From Ignicoccus pacificus DSM 13166 (GTDB lineage: Archaea; Thermoproteota; Thermoprotei_A; Sulfolobales; Ignicoccaceae), in contig CP006868.1 of NCBI GenBank assembly GCA_025340205.1, positions 330,001-362,000 on the forward strand: a stretch of DNA of 32,000 bases, written 5' to 3'. Both the position numbers and the translations under genes were made by a program. The notes beneath the pieces were generated by a model, which did no database searches, was not told where the DNA came from, and saw only the letters and a list, made by a program, of their open reading frames with translations. Below are positions 17,481 through 26,851 of the stretch, piece by piece. Within the stretch, counting starts at the first letter, position 1. Each line of letters opens with the position of its first letter.

Positions 17481-20400
17481 TCTAGGGGACTTCCCTCTAC
17501 AGGTATTTTCTTCGTCTCCTCAATTACTCCCCTAACCACTTCCCAATAGCTCCTCTTGCCTTCCGCTATCTCATCCATGGTCTTCTCGAGCTCCCTGGTC
17601 CTCTCCTCGCTGACGAGCTTGGGATACTTGGATGTTAGGTACTGGTAGACTGCTCTTCCCTTCTTAGTAGGTATCAGCTTTCTGACGTTCTTGCTTTCCA
17701 TGATATATCTCCTCTGAAGCAAGGTCTCTACTATCTTAGCGTAGGTGCTCGGCCTTCCCAATCCCCTTTCCTTCATCAGCTTGATCAAGTCAGCTTGAGT
17801 GTAGAGAGGAGTGGCGTGCCTAGTCGTTATTATAACCTTCTTCACCTTGTACGTCCCTTCTGGAATCGGTTGAACTATTCTGACTATTGGATACACCTTG
17901 AGAAAGCCTTCCTCAGTAACTTCAATCGGAACCTCCTTCTCTACCTTGACGTTCTCGAAGTCTCCGAGAGTTACCTCAAACTTCAAGTACTTTACCTTGG
18001 CTTCCCTCATCTGGCTTGCCATGAACCTCTGGAATATCAAGGAGTAGAGGGCAAAGTGCCTCCTGGTCAGCTGCTTTGGAGTTGTAATTAGTCCTTCCTC
18101 GATCATCTTCCTTAAATCGTCTGCCGTCAGAGGCCTAGTGGGCCTTATCGCCTCGTGAGCTCCCCCCTCTCCCCACCTCCTGGGGACGAACTCCTCCTCT
18201 CCGAAGTTGTTCGCTATCCATTCCTTAGCAATAGCTATTCCTACGTCCGAAACTCTGGTGGAGTCTGTTCTGTGGTAGGTGATGAATCCCATCTCGAAGA
18301 GGTCTTGGGCTATCCTCATCGTCTCCTCAGCTCCCATCCTGAGCCTCTCGTTGGCCTCCTCTAGCATCGAGTCGGTCGTGAAGGGAGGTCTGGGCTTTAG
18401 CTCCTCTTCCCTCTCCTCTAAGTACTTGACTACTACTTCAGTTAGCATCAAGTCCTTCCTGCTAGGCCTTCCCCCGAAGAGGTCCTCGGGGAAGCTCTCG
18501 CTCCAGTCCTCTCCGAAGTAGATTATGTAGAACCTCTTCTTCGATCTGAGGTACTCCTCGTACCTCTCTATCACCCACCCGAGGACCGGGGTCTGGACCC
18601 TTCCCGCCGAGAGGTTCCTGGAGATCAAGCAGTTGTTCCCTATGTGTTCCTTACAAAACTTAGGCCAGAAGTCGAGCCATAGCTTGGGGCTTAAGGTGAA
18701 CCCTATTAGCCTGTCTTCTACCCTCCTCATCATTTGAGCTTCCACTAGGTGCATGTCGAATTCTCTAGCTCCTTCTATGGCTTCCAATATAGCCCTCTTG
18801 GTAACCTCGTGGAACTCCACCCTCCTCATCTTCTTTGAGAAGGGTCTAAGCAAGTTCGCGACGTCCCACCCTATCTTCTCTCCTTCCGTATCAGGGTCGG
18901 TTCCTATAAGGACCTCATCCACTTCCTCCGCTATGAGCCTTAGTCCTTCGATCACGTCCCTCGAGTTCTTGAGGAACGGGGAGGAACACCTTATGCACCT
19001 CTCCGAGTCCTCGCTGAACTGAGTTCCGCAGACCATGCACCTCTTTATGGAAGTTAAGACCGTCTTCCCCGTTCCGTAGACTCCATAGTACAGGCACTCC
19101 TCCCCCTCTTGAGCTACGCAAAGGGGATCGCTCTCCCCTACCAGGTCGTAGGTGTGGCCTCCAGAAGCGGCTACGTAGAGCAGCTTGTCTCCAATGCTTA
19201 TTTCGTAAACCCTGGCCCCTCCTACGTTCCTCACCGAAGGCCTTCCGAAGAAATTGGTGATTGTCCTCGCCTTGTTGGGAGACTCAACTATTAGGAGTAC
19301 CGTCTTAAGGAGCTTCTTCACCTCTTCAGCCGTCAGTTCCCCCCTCATCACCTTCAAGACCTTCTTTCTGTCCTCATCTATCTCCTTGAGGAGCTTCTGA
19401 AGATCTAAGCTCTCGAACTCCACCCATTCATCAATGACCCATCTGAGCCTCTTCCTGAGGCCTCTGAACAAGGGCTCCGAGTCCACTATGATTACTGAAA
19501 GACCCTTGGTAACTCCTCCAGCGTAAAGCCTCGAGGTCCTTCCCGAGGCTTGAAGGTAGGTGGCCGAGTCGGGGACCAGGAGATAGGCCTCCCCTTCCTC
19601 TACCCTTACCTCCAGCTCTCCGCTCTCCTCTATCCTCCTCAAGAACTCCTCTGATCTAGCCAACTCCCTCACCTTTAGGAAGGCCTCGTAGAAGTCCTTC
19701 TCCGCCTGGGTTTCCACCTTCCCCTCCTTCAGTCTCTCCTCTAACGTCTTGATCGCTTGAGGGGAGAGCCTCTTCATCCATCCCCTTATCTTGGCATAAA
19801 GCCTCTCCAGCTCCTCGTCCTCCATGAGTTCGACGGCTATGCTGAGAATTCTGTATATGGTCATAGGGGACGGCTCCTCCAGCCTAAGCTTGAACTTTAG
19901 CCTCGGCACACCCTTGAAGACCGCATACCTTATCACGTGAGGTAAGTCTATTCCCCTAACGAGGACTCCATAGTGAGTAGCGACCCCAACTAGAACCTCT
20001 ACCTCTCCTCTCTCGAACTCTTCAATGGATTTCGTGTTCTCTGATGTCACCAAGGCTGCCTTTATTCCCTCCTCGTTGAGCGCCTCTACTACCTTCCTAG
20101 CTCCCTCCACCCCTTCATCTACGGGAACGTAGACCAGTCCGCCCTTTCCTAGGAGCCTCACCAGCTCGACCAACTCCTTCCTCTTGGTATAGGAGTCCAC
20201 GACGTTCCTTACTCCCTCTCCCCCTCCTCCCGGTTCGAAGCCGAGCAACGTCTTGAACAACCTTACCCTGTCAGTCCTTACCCTCCCGGTTGCGGAGCTT
20301 ACTATGAGAATTCCGCTGACCTTCTTCTTCATCTCCTCGACTTTTCTCCTAGCCTCCTCCAGCTCCTCCAGGAACTCCTTCCTCCTCTCGGGGTCGTTGG

Positions 20401-21148
20401 TCCTAGTCAAGTAAGCTATTAATCTTCTTTCTTTATTTGTTATTTCGAAAAGCTCTTGAATATCGTCTTCCTCCAATCCTAAGAGGAGGAGGAGCCTGTC
20501 CACGTTCTTGGGACTCTTAAGGACCGAATCAACGTCGTCTACGAAGATTATCGAGTACTTGAACCTCCTCAGTTGTTCCAACCTATTAATGAGGAAGCGG
20601 GAAGTCGTGATCAGGATATCGAACTCTCCTTCCTCGAACTTCTTTTCCATTTCCTTCTTGACTGAGGGGCTCAGCTTTGAGTGAACGTAAACTAACCTCA
20701 AGTTGAAGAGGTCGGCGAAGGGTTGCACCTTCTTGGCCATCATTTCTACCAAGGGTGTAGTGGGGACCACTATGTACGCCTTCCCCCTTCCCTTGCCCGC
20801 TAAGTAGGACGTTATGGCGGCTCCGAAGGTACTCTTCCCCATTCCCGTAGGCGCTATTATGGAAAAGCTTTCCCCTCTAAGGGCTCTGATTGCCCATGCC
20901 CTCTGGGCGCTCCAGAAGACGCTTCTGGTGACCTCCTTGAAGGCGCTTTCAAGCTTCCTAACCTCCTCCATGAGCTTCTTGTACTTGATGTAAGGGGAGT
21001 TCGGGTACTTGCGCTCGAGCTCCTTTAGGGCTATTTCAAGCATCTCCTCTTTTGGTAAACACATCTTACAAGGGAGTCCCTTGGAGAGCCTCTCGTCGCT
21101 GATCGGTCCTCCGCAGACGGGGCAAGCGCCCCGGTACTCTGCGTACAA
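17477..21148 (-). CDS. rgy: Reverse gyrase (SF2 helicase-topoisomerase IA fusion)
   Basis: 1223 aa: N-terminal CPVCGG zinc finger, Walker A APTGMGKST, Toprim LLIVESPNKARTI, second finger CMVCGTQF...CIRCSSPF, DPDTEGEKIGWD, active-site GFITYHRTDSTRVS. Confidence 0.97.
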   Translation of the reverse strand: MYAEYRGACPVCGGPISDERLSKGLPCKMCLPKEEMLEIALKELERKYPNSPYIKYKKLMEEVRKLESAFKEVTRSVFWSAQRAWAIRALRGESFSIIAPTGMGKSTFGAAITSYLAGKGRGKAYIVVPTTPLVEMMAKKVQPFADLFNLRLVYVHSKLSPSVKKEMEKKFEEGEFDILITTSRFLINRLEQLRRFKYSIIFVDDVDSVLKSPKNVDRLLLLLGLEEDDIQELFEITNKERRLIAYLTRTNDPERRKEFLEELEEARRKVEEMKKKVSGILIVSSATGRVRTDRVRLFKTLLGFEPGGGGEGVRNVVDSYTKRKELVELVRLLGKGGLVYVPVDEGVEGARKVVEALNEEGIKAALVTSENTKSIEEFERGEVEVLVGVATHYGVLVRGIDLPHVIRYAVFKGVPRLKFKLRLEEPSPMTIYRILSIAVELMEDEELERLYAKIRGWMKRLSPQAIKTLEERLKEGKVETQAEKDFYEAFLKVRELARSEEFLRRIEESGELEVRVEEGEAYLLVPDSATYLQASGRTSRLYAGGVTKGLSVIIVDSEPLFRGLRKRLRWVIDEWVEFESLDLQKLLKEIDEDRKKVLKVMRGELTAEEVKKLLKTVLLIVESPNKARTITNFFGRPSVRNVGGARVYEISIGDKLLYVAASGGHTYDLVGESDPLCVAQEGEECLYYGVYGTGKTVLTSIKRCMVCGTQFSEDSERCIRCSSPFLKNSRDVIEGLRLIAEEVDEVLIGTDPDTEGEKIGWDVANLLRPFSKKMRRVEFHEVTKRAILEAIEGAREFDMHLVEAQMMRRVEDRLIGFTLSPKLWLDFWPKFCKEHIGNNCLISRNLSAGRVQTPVLGWVIERYEEYLRSKKRFYIIYFGEDWSESFPEDLFGGRPSRKDLMLTEVVVKYLEEREEELKPRPPFTTDSMLEEANERLRMGAEETMRIAQDLFEMGFITYHRTDSTRVSDVGIAIAKEWIANNFGEEEFVPRRWGEGGAHEAIRPTRPLTADDLRKMIEEGLITTPKQLTRRHFALYSLIFQRFMASQMREAKVKYLKFEVTLGDFENVKVEKEVPIEVTEEGFLKVYPIVRIVQPIPEGTYKVKKVIITTRHATPLYTQADLIKLMKERGLGRPSTYAKIVETLLQRRYIMESKNVRKLIPTKKGRAVYQYLTSKYPKLVSEERTRELEKTMDEIAEGKRSYWEVVRGVIEETKKIPVEGSPLD

Positions 21149-21252
21149 TTACTATTCTCCCTATGTGTTCACTAGCCCTCCTTCCGGTTATTTAAAGGAG
21201 TTGGTCGTAGTAGCTCAAAGGATTGCTCTTTCCGGTTTTACCGTTTCATCTC

Positions 21253-21262
21253 TATATATTAA
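21253..21262 (+). promoter_or_regulatory. TATA-like box for the 21.3-28.6 kb cluster
   Basis: TATATATTAA ~40 nt upstream of TTG 21303. Confidence 0.45.
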
Positions 21263-21302
21263 TCTTCGTATCAATAGAAACCAATGAGAAAGGGAGAGGA
21301 CG

Positions 21303-22250
21303 TTGACAGCGTACGCTGTGGCGATGGTACAGAGAAGCGAAGCAAGTAGGAAGAAGAGGACAAGGTACTGTGAGTTTTCAGAGGATGAATGGAAAAAAGC
21401 TAGCGAAGAGGCACTCAGGTTACTAAGAAATGACATAGTAAGCAGCAACGCCGTACTTGAACCCTATCGGTGGACGGATAGGTACGATCAGATAATCAAA
21501 ACCCTCAACGACGGAATAGTTAGAATAAGAAACGACATAGGAACGATCGCTCGAATACGCCTTAATACACAAGCTGAAGCGAAACCAATAGTTGAGATAA
21601 ACCCTGTTGAACTTGATTTCGTCTTGAATAGCGTTCTAGGCAGCATGGTAGAAAAGTACAGAGGAAAGTTCGTGCCGAATTACTATGACTGCGCTTTAGC
21701 AGCTGTTGCCATAGCTATCTTCGTTCTAGCCCACGAGCTTTACCACATGGTATTCAAAGCAGAGGATTGGGTTTCAAAGTTCAAGAAAACGGTCATAGAA
21801 AGGTTAAGACAGGAGCTAGGTGAGGAAGCCAATATAAACGATCAATGTATTGAAAGGTTCTCTAAGGTGATGATAAACTACCTACAAGATCCTTATGCGA
21901 ACTCAGCCGCGTTCCTCAAACTGTTTGAGATAATCAACAAAGAAATAGGCCTTCACGGACCCTATGGAGTACTCGTAGGTACAATTCATGAAGTAATGGC
22001 AGATAATGGCTACTTAACAATGGATAAACTTGACGACTTCTTAGATGTAGCGTTAAAGGGAATTCTAAGTGACTATGAACGAAAGGAGCTCAAAGCAATC
22101 ATGTCAAATCCCTTTGTCAGCAACATGGAACAAATAGTTAGCATAACGGCGAATGCAGTGGCGAGGAACAAGAGATTTCAGAGATGTGTTGACAAGAAGA
22201 ACCTTAACGATTGTTGGAGTTGCATTGAGGCATTGCTTCAGCTAGGATGA
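21303..22250 (+). CDS. Putative metallopeptidase-like protein with HELYH motif
   Basis: AIAIFVLAHELYHMVFKAEDW; alternative ATG start at 21324. Adjacent MoxR-like ATPase supports relation to DUF2201-type proteins. Confidence 0.5.
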   Translation: MTAYAVAMVQRSEASRKKRTRYCEFSEDEWKKASEEALRLLRNDIVSSNAVLEPYRWTDRYDQIIKTLNDGIVRIRNDIGTIARIRLNTQAEAKPIVEINPVELDFVLNSVLGSMVEKYRGKFVPNYYDCALAAVAIAIFVLAHELYHMVFKAEDWVSKFKKTVIERLRQELGEEANINDQCIERFSKVMINYLQDPYANSAAFLKLFEIINKEIGLHGPYGVLVGTIHEVMADNGYLTMDKLDDFLDVALKGILSDYERKELKAIMSNPFVSNMEQIVSITANAVARNKRFQRCVDKKNLNDCWSCIEALLQLG

Positions 22251-22271
22251 AGGCGACGAAGGGGTGCTCCT

Positions 22272-23219
22272 ATGAGAGGCATTCCCCTTTTCGGGGGGAG
22301 GAAAAAGAGAGACAAAGACGACGAAGGAAGCCCTTCTAAAGAGCTTCCCGTGAAGGATTTCAACCTGAGAAGTCTAGCAGCGCAAGGGAATTTAAGTAAG
22401 GTAGATTCCCCTCCCTTAAGCGTTGAGACTTTCGAATTGCTCACCCAAAGGATAAACCTCGAAACCTATAAGGAAAAGGCCTTCAAGCTTCTAAGCGACT
22501 TGAAAGAGTTAAATTATAAAGAGGTAGCTTCCTTCGTAGACTTGAACACAGAAGAGATCGTAAGGGATATCGTATTCAATAGCATACCTCGGAGACAGAT
22601 AGCTATTAGTTTAGAAGAAGGATATGACACCTATGCGTTTCCTTGGAGATATATTCATGCACCGAGGATCTCTCTATATGTATTTATCGAAGACAGACTC
22701 CTCGGTGGTACGAACGTCTCAAAAATCAAGGAAATCATCGATATAATTAGAAGTGCATATGAGAATTTCTCTATAAACGTCCTTTCGTTAAATTACGAAA
22801 AAGTAGAGCTCCTTTTTAAGGAGATCGATATCAATGATTTTCATCAAATTAGAAGGGAGGTTAAATTCGAAGATCTTATAGAGATAGTGTTGAATGATAT
22901 GAATGACCCTCTTACCGGAGGCATAATACTCTTAAGTATCCTTACAGAAAAGTATTATAATAAATATTTGGATTGGTTCATCAAATCGGACACTAAGAGA
23001 AATGAACTGGTGGAAACTCTATTATGGAGGTTTGAAAGAGAAAAAGTCGTCAGGAAAGTCTTCCTCATAGTTGAGGGTACTATTCAGCTTGGAGGGCAAT
23101 GCGTATCTCAAGCTTCTGACAGTAAGCCTTTGATGCCTCTCGAGGGGACCTTAGGTTGGCTGTTGGAATCTGGACCTCCCGAGAGATTCTATCTAGAGTG
23201 TACACAAAAATACCCTTAA
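22272..23219 (+). CDS. Uncharacterised cluster protein, possible degenerate VWA-like
   Basis: 315 aa. Segment RISLYVFIEDRLLGGTNVSKIKEIIDIIRSAYENFSINVLSLNY has alternating strand/helix character but no MIDAS DxSxS. Confidence 0.55.
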   Translation: MRGIPLFGGRKKRDKDDEGSPSKELPVKDFNLRSLAAQGNLSKVDSPPLSVETFELLTQRINLETYKEKAFKLLSDLKELNYKEVASFVDLNTEEIVRDIVFNSIPRRQIAISLEEGYDTYAFPWRYIHAPRISLYVFIEDRLLGGTNVSKIKEIIDIIRSAYENFSINVLSLNYEKVELLFKEIDINDFHQIRREVKFEDLIEIVLNDMNDPLTGGIILLSILTEKYYNKYLDWFIKSDTKRNELVETLLWRFEREKVVRKVFLIVEGTIQLGGQCVSQASDSKPLMPLEGTLGWLLESGPPERFYLECTQKYP

Positions 23220-23240
23220 CTCCATGTAAACTAACGATAA

Positions 23241-23885
23241 GTGATGAACGACTTGGTGAACTTGTCAGACATTGTGATAGAAGCACTAGGGGGAGTAATT
23301 GTAGTAAAGGATGCAGAGATCTCTTGTTCTACCTTTGAAGCATATGCTGATAGTGAAAGAATCTTTGAAGTTGACAGAAAGGTAACCGAGTTCGCTAAAG
23401 TTACTAAAAATGAGAATGATAAGATAATGACCTTTGGAACGCTCACTGGAATAAACCAAGAGCACTTTAAAGAGATAGTGGAACGCCAGCCCCCTAATTT
23501 CGTGCTCTACGACATCGTGGCAGTGGATGACGAAGGGAACCCTCTGAACTCAAGGGTACAGATCCTTCTGCAAAGTTCGGTTCCTACAGCGTTCAGACAA
23601 GTAACTATAAAGGCAAAGGTAAGAAATAGATACATAAAAGAAGTAGATTATGGCGATGAGAAAAAGAGAATCGTAAAGAACTTGTACTTAGCTACGTGTA
23701 TGTTAATCAAGGGAAGCTACGATAAAGAGACATACGAGTCCTTCCTAAATCTTATCCTTAACAAGTTGAGTGCTTCTACGTATAGAAGCAAGGAAAGGAT
23801 ACTCTTCGTCACTAACTTCCTTGAAAAAGAAATATATCATATGGTCTGGTACTCGTACTTGAGGACAGAGGTAGTAGAATCATGA
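23241..23885 (+). CDS. Uncharacterised cluster protein (214 aa)
   Basis: Coherent ORF with ATGA overlap to the next gene. Confidence 0.55.
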   Translation: MMNDLVNLSDIVIEALGGVIVVKDAEISCSTFEAYADSERIFEVDRKVTEFAKVTKNENDKIMTFGTLTGINQEHFKEIVERQPPNFVLYDIVAVDDEGNPLNSRVQILLQSSVPTAFRQVTIKAKVRNRYIKEVDYGDEKKRIVKNLYLATCMLIKGSYDKETYESFLNLILNKLSASTYRSKERILFVTNFLEKEIYHMVWYSYLRTEVVES

Positions 23886-24820
23886 TAATCAACACAGAGG
23901 AGGAACCGCTATCAGCTGCTGTAAAGGATGGCCATCTTCTCTACATCGATAGTAAAGGCTTGTTGAAGATCGTGGAACTCAAAGTGGGCGCTACTAGGGA
24001 TGCGTTCAAAGTGGTGCCGGAGGAAACAGAGATAGACCTCGGAAAGGAAATCATTGCTCTTGGTGCGGATAAAGACGGAGTAGTAATGCTTACTAAAGAC
24101 TCATCAATGTGGTATGGTAGTATAGAAGACTTGAAGAAAGGGAATGTTGCCTTTAAGTCGGTGAAGGGAAACGAGAACATAGAGTTTCCCTTCTCGCCTT
24201 ACACTGAACCTATGGCTAGCGTCATCATTCCGTTTGAATACGGGGGAAAGAAGTTGTTCTTTCTGAAAGGTGTGTGGAGGAAGTACTTTGAGATAATAGA
24301 CGAAAGCGGTAAGAGACTCTGGAAGGCTTGCTGCGGCAACGTACTAGGCCCCTCCTACTGGCCGAAGCCTGGACTCATCTATACATACTTGGATACGGCT
24401 TTTATAGCAAGGATGAAAGAGATAGTCGAGGAGAGGTTCTGTAACGATAATACACCCATATCATGTAGCGAGAGGCTAAACGTTAAGGACTTCGACTTCC
24501 TTTGGGCCTCACCGAGCGTAGTAGCCAAGATGAGCGCTTCTGGGAGCGAAGTAGAAGTAACCTTGTTGAACAAAGAGGAAAAGATATCCTTTGATTTAAG
24601 CCCCCTCGGAGATGCAAGGGGCATGACCTACCACGGCTTCGCTTGTTCCGAGAACGTAACCCTTCTGCTCACCGATACCGGCATGATCCTAATCAGTCGT
24701 TCTAGTCCACAAACCTTCAGCTTCGATAGAGCTGAAGGGATGAAAGTAGCGGTACCTTCGGACAACTCATTCATAGTGTTCTTGAGGAAAAGATCGCTTT
24801 TGGGAATATACTCTTCATGA
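23882..24820 (+). CDS. Beta-strand-rich, probably propeller-like protein
   Basis: Repeating strand-turn-strand pattern (KDGHLLYIDSKGLLKIVEL, IIALGADKDGVVMLTKDSS...). C-term VAVPSDNSFIVFLRKRSLLGIYSS. Confidence 0.5.
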   Translation: MIINTEEEPLSAAVKDGHLLYIDSKGLLKIVELKVGATRDAFKVVPEETEIDLGKEIIALGADKDGVVMLTKDSSMWYGSIEDLKKGNVAFKSVKGNENIEFPFSPYTEPMASVIIPFEYGGKKLFFLKGVWRKYFEIIDESGKRLWKACCGNVLGPSYWPKPGLIYTYLDTAFIARMKEIVEERFCNDNTPISCSERLNVKDFDFLWASPSVVAKMSASGSEVEVTLLNKEEKISFDLSPLGDARGMTYHGFACSENVTLLLTDTGMILISRSSPQTFSFDRAEGMKVAVPSDNSFIVFLRKRSLLGIYSS

Positions 24821-24864
24821 AAGTTCTATATCCGAGCAGAGTACGTTATTTCAGGTAAGAGGCT

Positions 24865-26814
24865 TTGGGCGTTAGCGCGCTGACACCCAAGGATATAATA
24901 TTCTATGTAATGGAATATGTCTTCAAGTACCCGCTATCTCAGAGCGCTGTTCCCTTATTTATAGGTCCTCCTGGAATCGGAAAGAGTGCCTCTGTATACG
25001 AAGGATTTGAAAAACTAACCGATATGCTTGCCTTGTATTACTGGAAGAATCTAGGTAAGGAAAAAGCGGTTGAGGATTGGGAAAAATTAGTTGAAAATGC
25101 ATCGCAAAGGTGCAAAGAGGATGAGATTTGTAACACTTTCTATAAGATGTTACTGAAAAGCGCTGAGAGATCGGACGTGCTCAAGAAATTATTGGATGAT
25201 TACGCCTCCACCGTTCCGGACGCTGCGAGGAAGGCCATGGAGGCTCATAGGAAACTGGGGAAGGAGGGTCTGCCCAGAAGCTTAGTCATTACCTATGATG
25301 CCACACTCCAAGATGTAGAAAAATTCTTTAAGGACGCATTCGTATTTGTAAAGATAGACGTTAGCATCCACGATCCCACGGACCTCCTCGGAATACCTTA
25401 CGTTGATCGGAAAAGGGAAGTGACAACCCATCTTCCCTTACACTGGGCCTTAGCTTTAAGGGAATCGAAGTTAGGCTTGTTGTTATTAGACGAGTTCACC
25501 AACAAGATGCACGTTCTCTTAGAAAGCGCACTCTACGAAATAACGCTGGACAAGAAGGTCGGTAACATATACTTCAACAAGCCAGTGGTGGCGACTGGTA
25601 ACGACATGGACAGCTCGATACTGGTAAGGAAGTTACCGGGCCCACTGGTTACGGGCAGAATCAACGTAATACCGACGGATGCCCCTCTCATTGAAGACTG
25701 GATCAAATACATGATTGATAGGCACAGGACGGAGTGGTTCGTACCACCAGTTTTCCTCTTACTCATCATGTCTCGCTATAGCAGAGCGCTAAAGGTTGGT
25801 GCGGAGAGGGGAGGTCTGCCACATTCTAAAATACGAGATTTGTACAGAGCGGTCTTCTCTGAGGACCCCTTCCTTCCCAGTTCCGAGAAGCTCAAGGAGT
25901 ACTCAGCCATAGAGCTCCGTATCAGCGGTTCGGAGGAGGGGGTGAGAGAGGACTTTGTAGGTAGTTTCCCAAGCCCTAGAGTATGGGAGAAGCTCCTTGT
26001 GGATCTCTATTATTCCTTAAATTTCCTCGACTCTAAAGAATCTACGAAGGATCAAATAGAGAATATGTTGCTGACTAAGATCAAGTCGTACTTGGGTTTT
26101 AAAGACCTAAGTGAGATGGTATATGCTATGGCCATTGAATTTAGAGAAAAGGGATTAACAGAGGGTTTACTTAAGTTCATTGCTGAAGAGGCTCCTCAAG
26201 ACAGAAAGAAAAAACTAGTGCCTCTTAGCGAGGACAAACTCTCACAACTCTCGCTTAACGATGCTAAAAAGATGAGGAAAGATATAGTTGACAGCATGAA
26301 GAATTTCGTCTATTCTAGTTTAGAGCTTGAGAAGATGAATAAGATCATAGAAACTATAATCAGTACATCCGCTCCAGAGGAAGAAAAGAAGGAAGCCATT
26401 AAGGAATTTAAGAAAACCTTGAGCAAAGCTTCACTCACGTTTGCGTTGACGACAAAAGCAGTTGAGCTTCTACGTAAACGTAGCGAAGACAAATCCGTTG
26501 AAGGAACTACAGATATCGTCTTCAGATATCTAACCTTAGCGTTCCTGGAGGGATTGCTCGAAGGATTTGAAGAACTCTCAGATCAATTTGAAGAGAAAGA
26601 TATTAGAAGACTAATATGGGGCTACGTGATCTTACATGCAACGGCTACAGTACTTAGAGAGTTCACGATAAGGGCCGGTTTCTCTCCAGCTAGAAAGTAT
26701 GGCTCAAACATGGAAGGGGAGAGAAAAGAGGAAACAATGGCGTGGGTCTCATCTGTATTAAACGATATACAAAAAGAGCTAGAGGAAATAGAGGAAGAAC
26801 TACAGACTCCATGA
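24865..26814 (+). CDS. MoxR-like AAA+ ATPase with large helical insertion
   Basis: Walker A FIGPPGIGKSAS, DPTDLLGIPYV, Walker B LLLLDEFTNKMHVLLESALYEITLDKKVG, sensor VVATGNDMDSSILVRKLPGPLVTGRI, FPSPRVWEKL. Confidence 0.8.
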   Translation: MGVSALTPKDIIFYVMEYVFKYPLSQSAVPLFIGPPGIGKSASVYEGFEKLTDMLALYYWKNLGKEKAVEDWEKLVENASQRCKEDEICNTFYKMLLKSAERSDVLKKLLDDYASTVPDAARKAMEAHRKLGKEGLPRSLVITYDATLQDVEKFFKDAFVFVKIDVSIHDPTDLLGIPYVDRKREVTTHLPLHWALALRESKLGLLLLDEFTNKMHVLLESALYEITLDKKVGNIYFNKPVVATGNDMDSSILVRKLPGPLVTGRINVIPTDAPLIEDWIKYMIDRHRTEWFVPPVFLLLIMSRYSRALKVGAERGGLPHSKIRDLYRAVFSEDPFLPSSEKLKEYSAIELRISGSEEGVREDFVGSFPSPRVWEKLLVDLYYSLNFLDSKESTKDQIENMLLTKIKSYLGFKDLSEMVYAMAIEFREKGLTEGLLKFIAEEAPQDRKKKLVPLSEDKLSQLSLNDAKKMRKDIVDSMKNFVYSSLELEKMNKIIETIISTSAPEEEKKEAIKEFKKTLSKASLTFALTTKAVELLRKRSEDKSVEGTTDIVFRYLTLAFLEGLLEGFEELSDQFEEKDIRRLIWGYVILHATATVLREFTIRAGFSPARKYGSNMEGERKEETMAWVSSVLNDIQKELEEIEEELQTP

Positions 26815-26851
26815 CGTGTGAAAATGATCTACAACAAGTAGAGGTAGGAAT

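Noticed and set aside
17795-21287. Plus-strand ORFs opposite reverse gyrase
   Set aside because: Ser/Pro/Leu-rich antisense frames inside a high-confidence 1223-aa gene.
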